Of a stretch of DNA of 64,000 nucleotides, positions 31,081 through 40,912 are shown in pieces (the stretch's first letter is position 1; each line of letters opens with the position of its first letter). Under the pieces are notes generated by a model, which was not told the DNA's origin, did not search any database, and worked only from the letters and a program-made list of their open reading frames with translations. The DNA comes from Nostoc sp. (GTDB lineage: Bacteria > Cyanobacteriota > Cyanobacteriia > Cyanobacteriales > Nostocaceae): the NCBI GenBank assembly GCA_036918135.1, contig JBALDB010000051.1:96001-160000 (forward strand), in the 5' to 3' direction. Made by a program: the position numbers and the translations under genes.

Positions 31081-31221
31081 TAGGACTTTTATTTTGTTTT
31101 TGAACTTATTTGTCAAGACAGGCAATGGTTAATAGGTAATAGACAAAGATAATTGCTCTATTGCCTCTTGCCGCTTGTCTTAAGGTATACAGTTTTTTCA
31201 CGCAATCAAATCGGACTGCTA
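31081..31221. mobile_element. MITE-like element of the 11416-11526 family (inverted)
   Basis: taggacttttattttgtttttgaa ... aatcaaatcggactgcta ends. Confidence 0.5.
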
Positions 31222-31408
31222 TAGTATGTTAGCTATATTCATTTATCTAATATTCTGCTGATTCTTGAATTATTCTGAGTCGGGAATAATTACGATAAAA
31301 TGAATTTTTGAGAACTGCGATCGCAATCTCAAAAGTTTCTCATAATTAAATTAAGCAGAGTAAACAGATGCGGATACTTAGACATATTAACTACAAAAGG
31401 TACTGCCT

Positions 31409-32293
31409 ATGAGTTCCCGCGCACTGCTGTTAGTGAATCGTCATGCCCGCCAAGGGCAAAAGGCTCTGTCCGAAGCTATTGATTATTTGAAGAGACTCGG
31501 CTTTGTTTTAATTGAAGAGTCTACAGAACATCCAAAGCAACTTTCTGAAGTTATATTTCGCTACCAGCATCAAGTTGATTTGGTAATTATTGGTGGTGGC
31601 GATGGTACTCTTAATGCCGCAGTAGATGCTTTAGTTGAGACTCAGTTGCCTTTAGGAATCTTGCCTTTAGGAACTGCCAACGATTTAGCAAGAACTTTGG
31701 AGATTCCCAACTCCCTCAATGAGGCTTGTAATATTATTGCCCAAGGAAATTTACACCGCATTGACTTGGGTTGGGTGAACGGCAAGCACTTTTTTAACGT
31801 TGCTAGTCTGGGATTGAGTGTAAAAATTACCAAACGACTTACTAAAGAAGTCAAACGCCGTTGGGGAGTATTTGCTTACGCCGCCACTGCATTGCAAGTA
31901 ATTTTAGAAGCTAGACCTTTTAGTGCGGAAATTGCGATCGACACTCAATCAGTTCGCGTCAAAACCGTGCAAATTGCTGTGGGTAATGGTCGCTACTATG
32001 GCGGTGGGATGGCGGTCGCAGATGATGCGGCAATAGACGATCAAAGACTAGATCTTTATAGTTTAGAAATTCAACATTGGTGGCAGATTATATTATTACT
32101 ACCCTGGATGCGACAAGGGCGGCATATACATTGGCAGACTGTACGCTCGCACCAAGGTCAGGAAATACGTTTGTATACTCACAAACCACGCCCTATTAAT
32201 ACAGATGGTGAAATCACTACTTACACCCCTGCCCATTTTCGAGTTATACCTAAAGCTGTAGCTGTTTTAGTACCTTCACAAGTCAAGAGTTAA
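31409..32293 (+). CDS. YegS/DAGK family lipid kinase
   Basis: GGGDGTL, LPLGTANDLAR, NGRYYGGG, NTDGE. Confidence 0.92.
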   Translation: MSSRALLLVNRHARQGQKALSEAIDYLKRLGFVLIEESTEHPKQLSEVIFRYQHQVDLVIIGGGDGTLNAAVDALVETQLPLGILPLGTANDLARTLEIPNSLNEACNIIAQGNLHRIDLGWVNGKHFFNVASLGLSVKITKRLTKEVKRRWGVFAYAATALQVILEARPFSAEIAIDTQSVRVKTVQIAVGNGRYYGGGMAVADDAAIDDQRLDLYSLEIQHWWQIILLLPWMRQGRHIHWQTVRSHQGQEIRLYTHKPRPINTDGEITTYTPAHFRVIPKAVAVLVPSQVKS

Positions 32294-32364
32294 AAGTTCG
32301 GAGTTTAGAGTTTAGAGTTTGGAGTTAAGAATTAGAAATTATTCTCGCTCATCTTCCCTACTCT

Positions 32365-32422
32365 TGTACAGACGCGTAGACGCTCGAAGAGCGGCTTCTC
32401 GTAAGAGTATAATCGCGTCTCT
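32365..32422. repeat. REP-like palindrome (GACGCG...CGCGTC) interrupted by a small dispersed repeat
   Basis: tgtacagacgcg[tagacgctcgaagagcggcttctcgtaagagt]ataatcgcgtct. Confidence 0.55.
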
Positions 32423-32444
32423 CCCTTAAAAAAAATTACACCAA

Positions 32445-33050
32445 ATGCATCTGAGATTTTCTCAAGATATAAAGTCCCTGTTACAACGCCTAGCCCAGCA
32501 ACCTCTGACTTTAGGTGATGTTTTAGCAGAAACCTCAGAACGAGGATTTAGCCTAGTAATTACATTATTAGTTTTGCCGTTTTTATTTCCCATGCCACCA
32601 GGACTAACCGGGCCTTTTGGTGCTGCTTGTTTGTTATTATCTGTGCAAATGCTTTTAGGAAGGCGATCGCCCTGGTTACCAAAAAGAATCGCTAACTACA
32701 AATTTCCTCGTGCCTTTGCCCAGTTACTGTTGCAAAACTTGGGTCGTCTCACCAAAGTTTTACAGAAAATCAGCCGTCCCCGATTGGAAAAAATAGCTCG
32801 TCATCCTTTGATTTGGCGAATTAATGGGTTTTGTATCTCTTGGTTGACAATATTACTAATATTACCAATTCCCTTGACAAATCCCATTCCCACTATAGGC
32901 ATTTTACTTTTGAGTGTTGCCACCATCGAATCTGATGGCTTATTAATCTGTATCGGCTATGTTATTACAGGTATGATTACTTTGCTATTTGGATTTATTG
33001 GTTATGCTCTGTGGTTAGCTCCCAGTTTGCTACCATCCATATTTAAATAA
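32445..33050 (+). CDS. exoD: ExoD family exopolysaccharide synthesis membrane protein
   Basis: ERGFSLVITLLVLPFLFP, QMLLGRRSPWLP, PIPLTNPIP, ESDG. Confidence 0.88.
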   Translation: MHLRFSQDIKSLLQRLAQQPLTLGDVLAETSERGFSLVITLLVLPFLFPMPPGLTGPFGAACLLLSVQMLLGRRSPWLPKRIANYKFPRAFAQLLLQNLGRLTKVLQKISRPRLEKIARHPLIWRINGFCISWLTILLILPIPLTNPIPTIGILLLSVATIESDGLLICIGYVITGMITLLFGFIGYALWLAPSLLPSIFK

Positions 33051-33112
33051 AAAAGCCCCAACCTGAAGGCTGAGGGCTGTGACTTATGTGATTTATTAGA
33101 GTGCATCTACCA
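33049..33112 (-). ncRNA. nsiR1: NsiR1-like small RNA, copy 1
   Basis: Minus strand reads TGGTAGATGCACTC...AGCCCTCAGCC-TTCA-GGTTGGGGCTTTTTT terminator; DIF1-like CCCGGA ~31-36 nt upstream (33142-33147). Identification from memory of the NsiR1 5' motif. Confidence 0.7.
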
Positions 33113-33271
33113 TTTAATAATCCGCTTTGCTTCTTACTCTATCCGGGCAATTTTAAATTGCTAAAAAAATATATAAAAAACTCTCCTTGTAATTTATAAA
33201 ATAATTGTCAAAGATATACTTACTACATTTAAAGTTAAAATTTCTTTTACCTCAAAAATATTATTAGCAAT

Positions 33272-33325
33272 AAATAAAGCTCCCAAAAGCTGAGAGCTAT
33301 TGAATTTATTAAGGTGCATCTACTA
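33272..33325 (-). ncRNA. nsiR1: NsiR1-like small RNA, copy 2
   Basis: TAGTAGATGCACCTTAATAAAT...AGCTCTCAGCTTTTGGGAGCTTT; CCCGGA at 33355-33360. Confidence 0.65.
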
Positions 33326-33416
33326 TTTATTAGTCCACTTTAGTTTTTACTCCATCCGGGAAAAATTCAACTGTTAATAAATTTTTTATTTTTTCCAACT
33401 AAAAATTATTAGCAAT

Positions 33417-33473
33417 AAATAAAGCCCCCAGCTAAAGGCTGAGGGCTGTGATTTAATTAAGGTGCATCTACTA
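33417..33473 (-). ncRNA. nsiR1: NsiR1-like small RNA, copy 3
   Basis: TAGTAGATGCACCTTAATTAAAT...AGCCCTCAGCCTTTAGCTGGGGGCTTT; degenerate CCCGAT at 33502-33507. Confidence 0.65.
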
Positions 33474-33759
33474 TTTATATATCCGCTTTAGTTCTCGCTT
33501 AATCGGGAAGAATTAAAAAAAATAGATAGCTGGGGAATTAATTTAGTTATCTATAACTTTAGTACTAACTCAAACAAGATAAACCTACGGTATTTGACTA
33601 GGTAAACATTGCTTATCTTCACAGTAATTTTACAAATACTTTAAATTTACCCAGAATAGACAAAGTTTCCGTTAATATCTCTAAGACGATATCCGCAATA
33701 GTACGAATATAGTTTAGTAGTTGGATATATAACTATAAAGATTAGACTAATCCAACTCG

Positions 33760-34359
33760 ATGAAGCGATGTTTACGACGGGCTATGCCTACGCATTTTGT
33801 CCAAGTTGCCATGATAGTTCTATTTTCTCTTGGTAGCCTTAGTATTGTTGGAGGAAGCTTTTTCCTCAGAAAAGCTTTTAGCAATACTAAAGAATCTGAA
33901 ATCATAACTGATACAAGACGCTATGGAGAAATTCGTAATCAATTGTGGTCTAATAAGGATGAATTAAAACATTTTCCGAATCAGATTCCCACTGATGCTA
34001 AAGATGTTCGCATTGCTTACTCTCCTGGATTTTTACAAGCAGGCAGTTTTTTTCAAATTAGATTGAAACAGCCGCCAGAAAAAATAGCAAAATTACTTTC
34101 ACAATACAGAAATAATGCAAAACATAAATATAGAGGTGGTAGCACAAACGACCATATAAATCAGCCTAATGGTGTGCCGACAACTTTCTTTTACACTAGT
34201 GATTCTCCTACGGAAACTTTTCCAGATACTTATGAAATATTAGTATTAGATACAACAAATAAAGGTAAACAAGGCTTTAAATGGAATCATGGAGACAGCT
34301 ATGGTGTTGCAATTAATAGTTCCGCCTCAGAAATTATCTATTGGGCTGAACAATGGTAG
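33760..34359 (+). CDS. Hypothetical protein with N-terminal membrane anchor
   Basis: 199-aa ORF with one TM, HFP...PGFLQAG...WNHG..YGVAI...IIYWAEQW; carries an in-frame 21-nt insert near the start. Confidence 0.75.
   Translation: MKRCLRRAMPTHFVQVAMIVLFSLGSLSIVGGSFFLRKAFSNTKESEIITDTRRYGEIRNQLWSNKDELKHFPNQIPTDAKDVRIAYSPGFLQAGSFFQIRLKQPPEKIAKLLSQYRNNAKHKYRGGSTNDHINQPNGVPTTFFYTSDSPTETFPDTYEILVLDTTNKGKQGFKWNHGDSYGVAINSSASEIIYWAEQW
33765..33793. mobile_element. SDR5-type small dispersed repeat inserted in a HIP1 site
   Basis: GCGAT-[GTTTACGACGGGCTATGCCTA]-CGC; deleting the 21 nt restores GCGATCGC. Confidence 0.75.
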
Positions 34360-34473
34360 TTATTACTAAGTGCTAATTTTCCTCTTTTAGGTATATCACT
34401 TTAGATAGTTAAAATTTATATGCACTCTAGGTAATATTTATAATATACTGAAAAAACTATCTCATTATGTAGA

Positions 34474-35250
34474 ATGTCAACTGCTTTAATTACTGGTGCC
34501 TCTAGTGGTATTGGTAAGGCTTTTGCCCAAGAATTAGCTGCACGCAAGGTAAATCTCGTACTCGTTGCTCGTTCGGAAGATAAACTCAATCAATTAGCTA
34601 AAGAACTAAAAGAACAATATAAAATTCAAGTAGACATTATAGTTAAAGACCTTACAGAACCTAACGCTGCTACTGCTATATTTGATATTACAAAAGCTAA
34701 GGGATTAACGATTGACTTATTAATTAATAATGCCGGCTTTGGTTCCTATGGTGACTTTGCCGAATCAGAAGGAGAAAGACAAGTTAAAATCGTACAATTA
34801 AACATTTTGGCATTGGTAGATTTAACCCATAAATTTCTACCCTTGATGCGGCAACGTAGTTCTGGAAGTATTATTAACGTATCCTCAATTACTGGATTTC
34901 AACCGATACCGTACGTTTCTGTTTATGCTGCTAGTAAAGCTTTTATTATCAGCTTTAGTGAAGCACTCTGGGCAGAAAATCACCAACATGGTGTTCGCAT
35001 CTTAGTTACTTGTCCAGGGCCAATAGAAACAAATTTTTTTACAGAAGCTAATTTTCCTCCAGCTTTAGCAGGAAGCACAGAAAAGGTATACTCTTCTGAA
35101 GAAGTAGTCCGTGCATCCCTCAAAGCTTTAGATGAAGGTCAGCCTACAGTTATTATTGGTGATACTACTACTCAAATTAGAAGTATATTAGCTCGATTAG
35201 TACCGCGAAAAATTCTGTTGAATATTTTGGCAAAACGGTTTCAACTCTAA
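34474..35250 (+). CDS. Short-chain dehydrogenase/reductase (DltE-like)
   Basis: TGASSGIG, NNAG, YAASK. Confidence 0.93.
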   Translation: MSTALITGASSGIGKAFAQELAARKVNLVLVARSEDKLNQLAKELKEQYKIQVDIIVKDLTEPNAATAIFDITKAKGLTIDLLINNAGFGSYGDFAESEGERQVKIVQLNILALVDLTHKFLPLMRQRSSGSIINVSSITGFQPIPYVSVYAASKAFIISFSEALWAENHQHGVRILVTCPGPIETNFFTEANFPPALAGSTEKVYSSEEVVRASLKALDEGQPTVIIGDTTTQIRSILARLVPRKILLNILAKRFQL

Positions 35251-35390
35251 GATAGTTATAGCTGTAGTTATATAGGTTAGGACATTATAACAAGCGTGAA
35301 TGTCAGGAAGAGTAATGTTTTTACCTCCTGCCCCCTGCCTCCTGCTATATTAGCCATTCTCCTCAAAGTTTACACTTATTGACTCAAAAA

Positions 35391-36170
35391 TCACATATAG
35401 CGGGTTAATTGCACGCGGTAACGGTCTTTTTTAGTAACAGCAATTTCTCCAACTTCTAAACGTCCTTTAGAGCGAATGGCGATTAAGTCGCCTGATTTTA
35501 GTTGAGAACTAGCTTGACTTACTTCTTTCCAATTAACACGCACATCACCAGCATCGATTAAGTCAACCATTTTACTGCGGGACATGCCAAAACCAGCAGA
35601 GGCGATCGCATCTAATCGCAAAGACGCTTCCACAGTAGTTAATTCTTTTTTCTTCGGTTCTCGAATTTTTAATTCAGTAATCTCAATTCGTTGAGTTTTC
35701 ACAGGAACCGATCGCACCTGTTTGAGATTCATTGACAAAAATTCCACCAACTCTGGTGCAACAACCGCTTGCGCTCCTCGTTCTCCCAAAACAATAATAT
35801 CTCCCGTTTTTTCACGAACAATTCCCGTTCCCAGCATTGCGCCTAAGAAGTCGCGGTGAGTGGCGGTATCAAACAAGAAATTACCAGCAATTTCTACTGC
35901 AACTAGGCTGACTTGAGATTGATCTAAAGGTAATTCCGAACGAGCGATCGCAATTCTTTGGCGTTCAGCTTGCGGATATCCACCCCACACAACTAATTGC
36001 ACCTCTGTTAAACGACTAAACACTCGTTGAATTTCCGCTAATTCCGGAGGAGATAAAAAATCTGTTACAACCACTTCCCAAGTTTTAATAGCTTGCTCTG
36101 CTTGGTCAATTACACGAGCTACACTATCTCGATTTTCAACACTCTTTAAAAGTTCTTCTCGTGGCAACAT
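35391..36170 (-). CDS. Photosystem II S4-domain protein (YlmH/Sll1252 family)
   Basis: TDFLSP, GGYPQAER, HRDFLGA, SLRLDAIASAGF. Confidence 0.92.
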   Translation of the reverse strand: MLPREELLKSVENRDSVARVIDQAEQAIKTWEVVVTDFLSPPELAEIQRVFSRLTEVQLVVWGGYPQAERQRIAIARSELPLDQSQVSLVAVEIAGNFLFDTATHRDFLGAMLGTGIVREKTGDIIVLGERGAQAVVAPELVEFLSMNLKQVRSVPVKTQRIEITELKIREPKKKELTTVEASLRLDAIASAGFGMSRSKMVDLIDAGDVRVNWKEVSQASSQLKSGDLIAIRSKGRLEVGEIAVTKKDRYRVQLTRYM

Positions 36171-36208
36171 TCTGATAAATTATGAATTAGTCATTAATTC
36201 TCTCTTAC

Positions 36209-36275
36209 AAAGTTCTGATGTCTGACGACAAGCCGCCCTTCGGGCGTCTACGGAGGAAACCTCCGCTCAGACTTT
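36209..36275. repeat. Hairpin element with nested small dispersed repeat
   Basis: aaagttctga[tgtctgacgacaagccgcccttcgggcgtcta]cggaggaaacctccgctcagacttt. Confidence 0.55.
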
Positions 36276-36332
36276 GCGCTTAGTCATTAGTTATTTATCT
36301 TTTACTAATGCCCAATGCCCTTTTAGTTAAAA

Positions 36333-36857
36333 CTATCTCGATCCTAACTTTAATTCCCATTTTATAAGGTTTTCATCTCTACTAATTTCTTGCATTCCTA
36401 ATTTTTCGAGAATACGAATTGAGGCAACATGATTATCTGGAGAATGAGAGATAATTCTTGTAAGTTCCGGCTGAGTAAAAGCAAAATTTACTAATGCTTC
36501 TACTGCTTCAAAAGCAAATCCCTGTTGACGATAGGCTGATATCACTTCATAACCCATTTCTGTTGTTCCTTGCTCATTGGGTTTGCCACCGAATCCCAAA
36601 TCACCAATTAGGGTAGAATCAGCGATGTGAATCATCAGCCACACACCCCAACCCAACTGTGAAGGATCGTTTATTAGCGTCTGAGCATAGGTTGGAAAAA
36701 AATCTAGCACCTCAGATGCATACCATTCATCAGGAACGTGTACCCCTAAAAGTCTTTCCACTTCGGATTTGTTTTTTGCGATAACGGCTTGCGCCACTTT
36801 CAATGAACAGGGAAGCAACTCAAGCCGTTGTGTCGTAATATGTAAACTGTGATTCAT
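36333..36857 (-). CDS. GNAT family N-acetyltransferase (RimJ/RimL-like)
   Basis: TQRLEL, EMGYEVISAYRQQGFAFEA, ASIRILEKLG. Confidence 0.88.
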   Translation of the reverse strand: MNHSLHITTQRLELLPCSLKVAQAVIAKNKSEVERLLGVHVPDEWYASEVLDFFPTYAQTLINDPSQLGWGVWLMIHIADSTLIGDLGFGGKPNEQGTTEMGYEVISAYRQQGFAFEAVEALVNFAFTQPELTRIISHSPDNHVASIRILEKLGMQEISRDENLIKWELKLGSR

Positions 36858-36860
36858 TTG

Positions 36861-37367
36861 CTAGGCGCTATTTGTATCTGCATAACCCTGAATATTTTCT
36901 GGCTCAAATTGTCGTAATATCCTGGTTGCTTGCCGAGTCAGAGTTTCAGAACCTTGAACTGCAATTAAGTATTTACCTTCATCCAAGCGGTTGCGGTAGG
37001 GTAAAGCATCACCACCACCTACGAGTAAACCAACTCCGCCACCGACAAATACACCACCCATAGCACCACTAGCAGCACCTAGTAGTCCTCCAACTATGTG
37101 ATTGCCAACTTCACCCGCCCAGGCAAAAGTATGCAAACCAGTAATCAGGCTAAAGGTAAAACCCGCAAAAAAACCGAATGGTATCAGCCAAGTTGCCATC
37201 AGCCGTGCTTGCTTTTTGGCTTGGTCTTTGGGGTCAATTAAGCCAAACTCGTCAGCAGTTTTATACCCCTTCCCCAGGATAGTACTGTTTATGCCTTCTT
37301 TTTCTAAAGCTAAGTAAGCAGCTTCAGCTTGAATGCGGTCTGGTAATACGGCAACAAGATAATTCAT
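36861..37367 (-). CDS. Conserved cyanobacterial membrane protein
   Basis: Gly-rich TM hairpin, YRNRLDEGKYL. Confidence 0.8.
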   Translation of the reverse strand: MNYLVAVLPDRIQAEAAYLALEKEGINSTILGKGYKTADEFGLIDPKDQAKKQARLMATWLIPFGFFAGFTFSLITGLHTFAWAGEVGNHIVGGLLGAASGAMGGVFVGGGVGLLVGGGDALPYRNRLDEGKYLIAVQGSETLTRQATRILRQFEPENIQGYADTNSA

Positions 37368-37694
37368 TGATTCTACAATACATGTCTAATAAAAGTTTTG
37401 CCTTAATTAACAGCGTATCAGTCTTGTAGGCAGGAGTCAGAATTACAGCCTTTTATCAGGTAAATGAACTACACAGTAGGGGCTTTAGCATTGTTTATAC
37501 GTGTCAACTTAACGTGAAACTGATGCCCTGTAAAAAACTAAAGTTCAAGGCAGGTGATGAAATCAACAGTTAGGCTATTTCTAGCCTAAGTTGGCTTCAC
37601 AGTCCCCAGCGATGCACTGACTTGTACTGAGCGCAGTCGAAGTAGCTTGTCGTTGGTGCAGTCTCTCGTAGAGAAGTGTCCTCAACCCAACTAA

Positions 37695-38072
37695 TCACTT
37701 TAACAAATCTAGTGGCTCACAAAAATTGTTCACACCTTGCTTGAGGACATAAATTAAAACTGGTGTTGCCAAAATTTTCGGAAACGTAGGCGTCGTTTTG
37801 AGACGTTCCATCATCTTCTGAAGTGACGTGTTAAGCAAATCTTCTCGATATTCTTGTTCGCAAATGACCGCACGCCATTTTCTAGCCAAAGCATCTAACC
37901 ATTCGGAATTTGCTCTTTCTGGTTCTTGTCCTGCACGGATAGCTAGCGTCATCGCTGCATCCTCTAAATCTCCATCACAGTCTTCAATCAAGTCCAGCGC
38001 TTCCATATCGCTGGGATCGTCTGCCAATTGGGAGCGAAACTGTGCAATTTCTTTTGATGTTACTTTAGTCAT
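37695..38072 (-). CDS. Conserved hypothetical protein
   Basis: 125-aa ORF, ALDLIEDCDGDLEDAA...LATPVLIYV. Confidence 0.75.
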   Translation of the reverse strand: MTKVTSKEIAQFRSQLADDPSDMEALDLIEDCDGDLEDAAMTLAIRAGQEPERANSEWLDALARKWRAVICEQEYREDLLNTSLQKMMERLKTTPTFPKILATPVLIYVLKQGVNNFCEPLDLLK

Positions 38073-38090
38073 GAGTCATTGACAAGGCGA

Positions 38091-38116
38091 GCGATGCCTA
38101 CGGCGGTAAACTACGA
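38091..38116. mobile_element. SDR5-like small dispersed repeat in a degenerate HIP1 site
   Basis: GCGAT-[GCCTACGGCGGTAAACTA]-CGA. Confidence 0.55.
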
Positions 38117-38468
38117 ACACTCAGTTATGTTAGTTCAATTTTGACACTTCACATGAAAATCGGGCATTGAGAGTGTAACAGAGGTGGGGTAGTAGGGTGA
38201 ATTCTCTTCCCATCTGTCATTTCCCTACTACCTCTTTTGGCAAAAAGCCTCATTTCCCAGTTAAGTTACTGAAAAATGAGGTTGATTACAGCTTTTTATT
38301 AAAAACCCTACTATATTCTCTGATTTAGTCGAGTTTTGGGTAATTATCACAGGGCAGCTAAATCACACCATCCATTTGAAATGTCTAAAACCTTTACACA
38401 ACGATAATTACGAATTACGTAGCTTGCTTCTGGTCAAAGGCAAGTATTACGAATTACGCAAAGCATCA

Positions 38469-40808
38469 CTAGGGTAGTCCTCTGAGGGTAACAGACCTTT
38501 GCAGTTGAGCTAAAGCACGGTTGTAATCCAAAATTGCTGTGACTCGATTACCTTCAGCTCTTGTTAAGTCGTTTTCAGAGTTAATTACATCAGTTTGAGT
38601 ACCTACACCAGCTTGAAATCGCAAACGCGCTAAACGTAAAGCTTCCCTGGCTTGTTCTAAAGCAGTATTAGAGGTTTGAACATTCTCCAAATTAGATTGC
38701 TGCGTAGAAAAGGCTTGTTCTACTTGAAAGCGAATTTGGTTACGCTGTTCAGCAAATTGAGTTTCTGCGATCGCAATATTAGCTCTCTGTTGAGATGCCC
38801 TCGCTCTTGCGGCTCCTCCATCAAACAAATTTAGGGTTGCTCGAACTCCAAATGAATAACCATCTGTAACACTAACACTATCATCAAACTGATCTAGCAG
38901 GTCATAGGTGGCTACCAAACTAACTTGAGGCCCGAGTTCTGCAAGGGCTTGCCGACGCTGTTGCTCGTTAATATTACGTTGTGCCAACTGTTGTTGCAGT
39001 TCTGGGCGGTTTTGATAAGCTCGCACGATACTATCTTCTAGCGTTAGATCCCAAAGACCAGCTAATTGTACGGGGTCGGCGGCGCTGATATTTATCCCCT
39101 GTGGCAAACTGATTCGAGTAGCCAACTGACGACGAGCAATTGCCTGTTGGGATCTAGCATTAGTTAAGTCTTGTTGGGCATTTGCTAAATTCACCTGAGA
39201 GCGTAGCACGTCAAATCGGGTACCAACTCCAGCTCGCTCTAAAGCTTCTGCATCCCGCAAACTAGCCTCAGAGTTCTGTACAGCCGATAGAGCAATGCGT
39301 ACTTGTTCGTCTGTTTGTTGTAAATTGTAGTAGTCAGTCGTCACATTCAAGCGAATTTCCTCGGACTGAGTTTCTACAGCCAACTCATTAAAACGTAGCT
39401 GTTCTCTAGCGGCCTCTCTACGCGCTTTATTTAACCCAGAGGTATATACATCATAAGACAGTTGCGCTTGGCCAGAAAAATTTGTATTGGCTTGATCTGA
39501 GTTAGAAGGGAAGCCATTTCGCGCGTTTAATTTGTCCTGAAGCTGGGTACTAGCAGACTGACTGCGAGTGATATCCGCACTAATTCCAAGACTGGGCAAT
39601 AAACTAGCTTCCGCCTCTTTGAGGGCATATCGACTACGTTCTAACTCCAATAACGCCACCTGTAAATCCCGATTATTACGCCGTGCTAACTCCAAAGCCT
39701 CTACCAAAGTAATCGGCTGATTTTCCTGGAGTCTCACTTCCTCCGGTTTGGTAGGAAATTGCAAGGGATTTGGATTTTGAATCAAGTTCTCAGGAATTTG
39801 CACCGCGCTTGAGGGCACAGGAGTTATGGTTGTTGGTATGGGAGTTGGTGTCGAACCTGCTGGTACAGGAGTTACACTTCCTGGTAAAGTAGGAGTCGGC
39901 GTTGAACCTGCTGGTGCAGGAGTTACGCTTCCTGGTAAAGTAGTCGGCGTCGTCGAACCTGCTGGTGCAGGAGTTACGCTTCCTGGTACAGTAGGAGTCG
40001 GCGTCAAACCTGCTGGTGCTGGAGTTACGCTTCCTGGTACAGTAAGAGTCGGTGTTGAATCAGTGGGAATTGTGGTATTACTCTGAGCTAGGCGTTTGTC
40101 AACAGCATTTTGTTGTCGGCAGGTGTTTGAGGTCACGAAGGAAGCACCCCATGAGTCAGTTCTACTTCCCAACTCTTGTTGCGGACACCTCTCGGCTGAC
40201 AATAGTTTTGCTGCTCCTCCATTTGTGCCTGAAGTTTGTAAAAATGTCTGCAACTGAGTAACATTATTTATCTTTTGAACTACTGGCTGCGGTGAAGCAG
40301 ACAGGGACAAAATTTCTTTTTGGGCAGAAGCGGGTTTGGAAGTGTAGTCAGGTACTATCTTCTTTAATTTCTGCCAATAGGCGCTTGAATTGCTCTGTTT
40401 TTGATTGCTTTGAACAGAACGTTTAATATCTGGCTGTTGGGAAGAACCAGAGGTAGGTGTTAAACTGAAAAATCTATCTTCATCTTTTTGAGCTACTTGT
40501 TTTATTGGCACATTAGTATTTCCAGCCAGAAAAACTGGAATACTGTTATTACTTAAAGGCTTCACATTAAACTTAGTAAAACCAGGAGCAGCTAATAGGG
40601 TTGGAATAGTAACATCTGCTGTCTTAGGCAATTGCGTATTCATGAAGTCTACAACTAAGGTCTGACCATAGGTAGAAATCAAAACACTTGGAGAAGACGC
40701 CGAGTTTACCCCATTTAGTTTCACAGTATCAGCCCACACAGGCTGAGTTGTTAAGACCGCTGCTGTCACACCAGGCAAGAAGCTATGGAATAATTGCTGT
40801 CCTTTCAC
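38469..40808 (-). CDS. hgdD: TolC-family outer membrane efflux protein (HgdD-like)
   Basis: ALELARRNNRDLQVA, two OEP repeats (RAGVGTRFDV, FQAGVGTQTDV); immediately downstream of kaiC as in Nostocales. Confidence 0.85.
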   Translation of the reverse strand: MKGQQLFHSFLPGVTAAVLTTQPVWADTVKLNGVNSASSPSVLISTYGQTLVVDFMNTQLPKTADVTIPTLLAAPGFTKFNVKPLSNNSIPVFLAGNTNVPIKQVAQKDEDRFFSLTPTSGSSQQPDIKRSVQSNQKQSNSSAYWQKLKKIVPDYTSKPASAQKEILSLSASPQPVVQKINNVTQLQTFLQTSGTNGGAAKLLSAERCPQQELGSRTDSWGASFVTSNTCRQQNAVDKRLAQSNTTIPTDSTPTLTVPGSVTPAPAGLTPTPTVPGSVTPAPAGSTTPTTLPGSVTPAPAGSTPTPTLPGSVTPVPAGSTPTPIPTTITPVPSSAVQIPENLIQNPNPLQFPTKPEEVRLQENQPITLVEALELARRNNRDLQVALLELERSRYALKEAEASLLPSLGISADITRSQSASTQLQDKLNARNGFPSNSDQANTNFSGQAQLSYDVYTSGLNKARREAAREQLRFNELAVETQSEEIRLNVTTDYYNLQQTDEQVRIALSAVQNSEASLRDAEALERAGVGTRFDVLRSQVNLANAQQDLTNARSQQAIARRQLATRISLPQGINISAADPVQLAGLWDLTLEDSIVRAYQNRPELQQQLAQRNINEQQRRQALAELGPQVSLVATYDLLDQFDDSVSVTDGYSFGVRATLNLFDGGAARARASQQRANIAIAETQFAEQRNQIRFQVEQAFSTQQSNLENVQTSNTALEQAREALRLARLRFQAGVGTQTDVINSENDLTRAEGNRVTAILDYNRALAQLQRSVTLRGLP
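39835..40055 (-). repeat. 51-bp intragenic repeat encoding TPTPTVPGSVTPAPAGS x4
   Basis: ggagttac recurs with a 51-bp period. Confidence 0.88.
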
Positions 40809-40912
40809 CGCATCCCCTCACACGAAAATCAATCTAGCGGCAGAAAACCTTTCTTCACCACAGAATATAGCACGATACTAAATTTAGAAATGAATATACT
40901 ACGATACTAAAT

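Noticed and set aside
33049..33510. CRISPR or MITE interpretation of the three repeats
   Set aside because: Irregular 148-213-bp spacing, no terminal inverted repeats, and a promoter-core-terminator layout that fits sRNA genes
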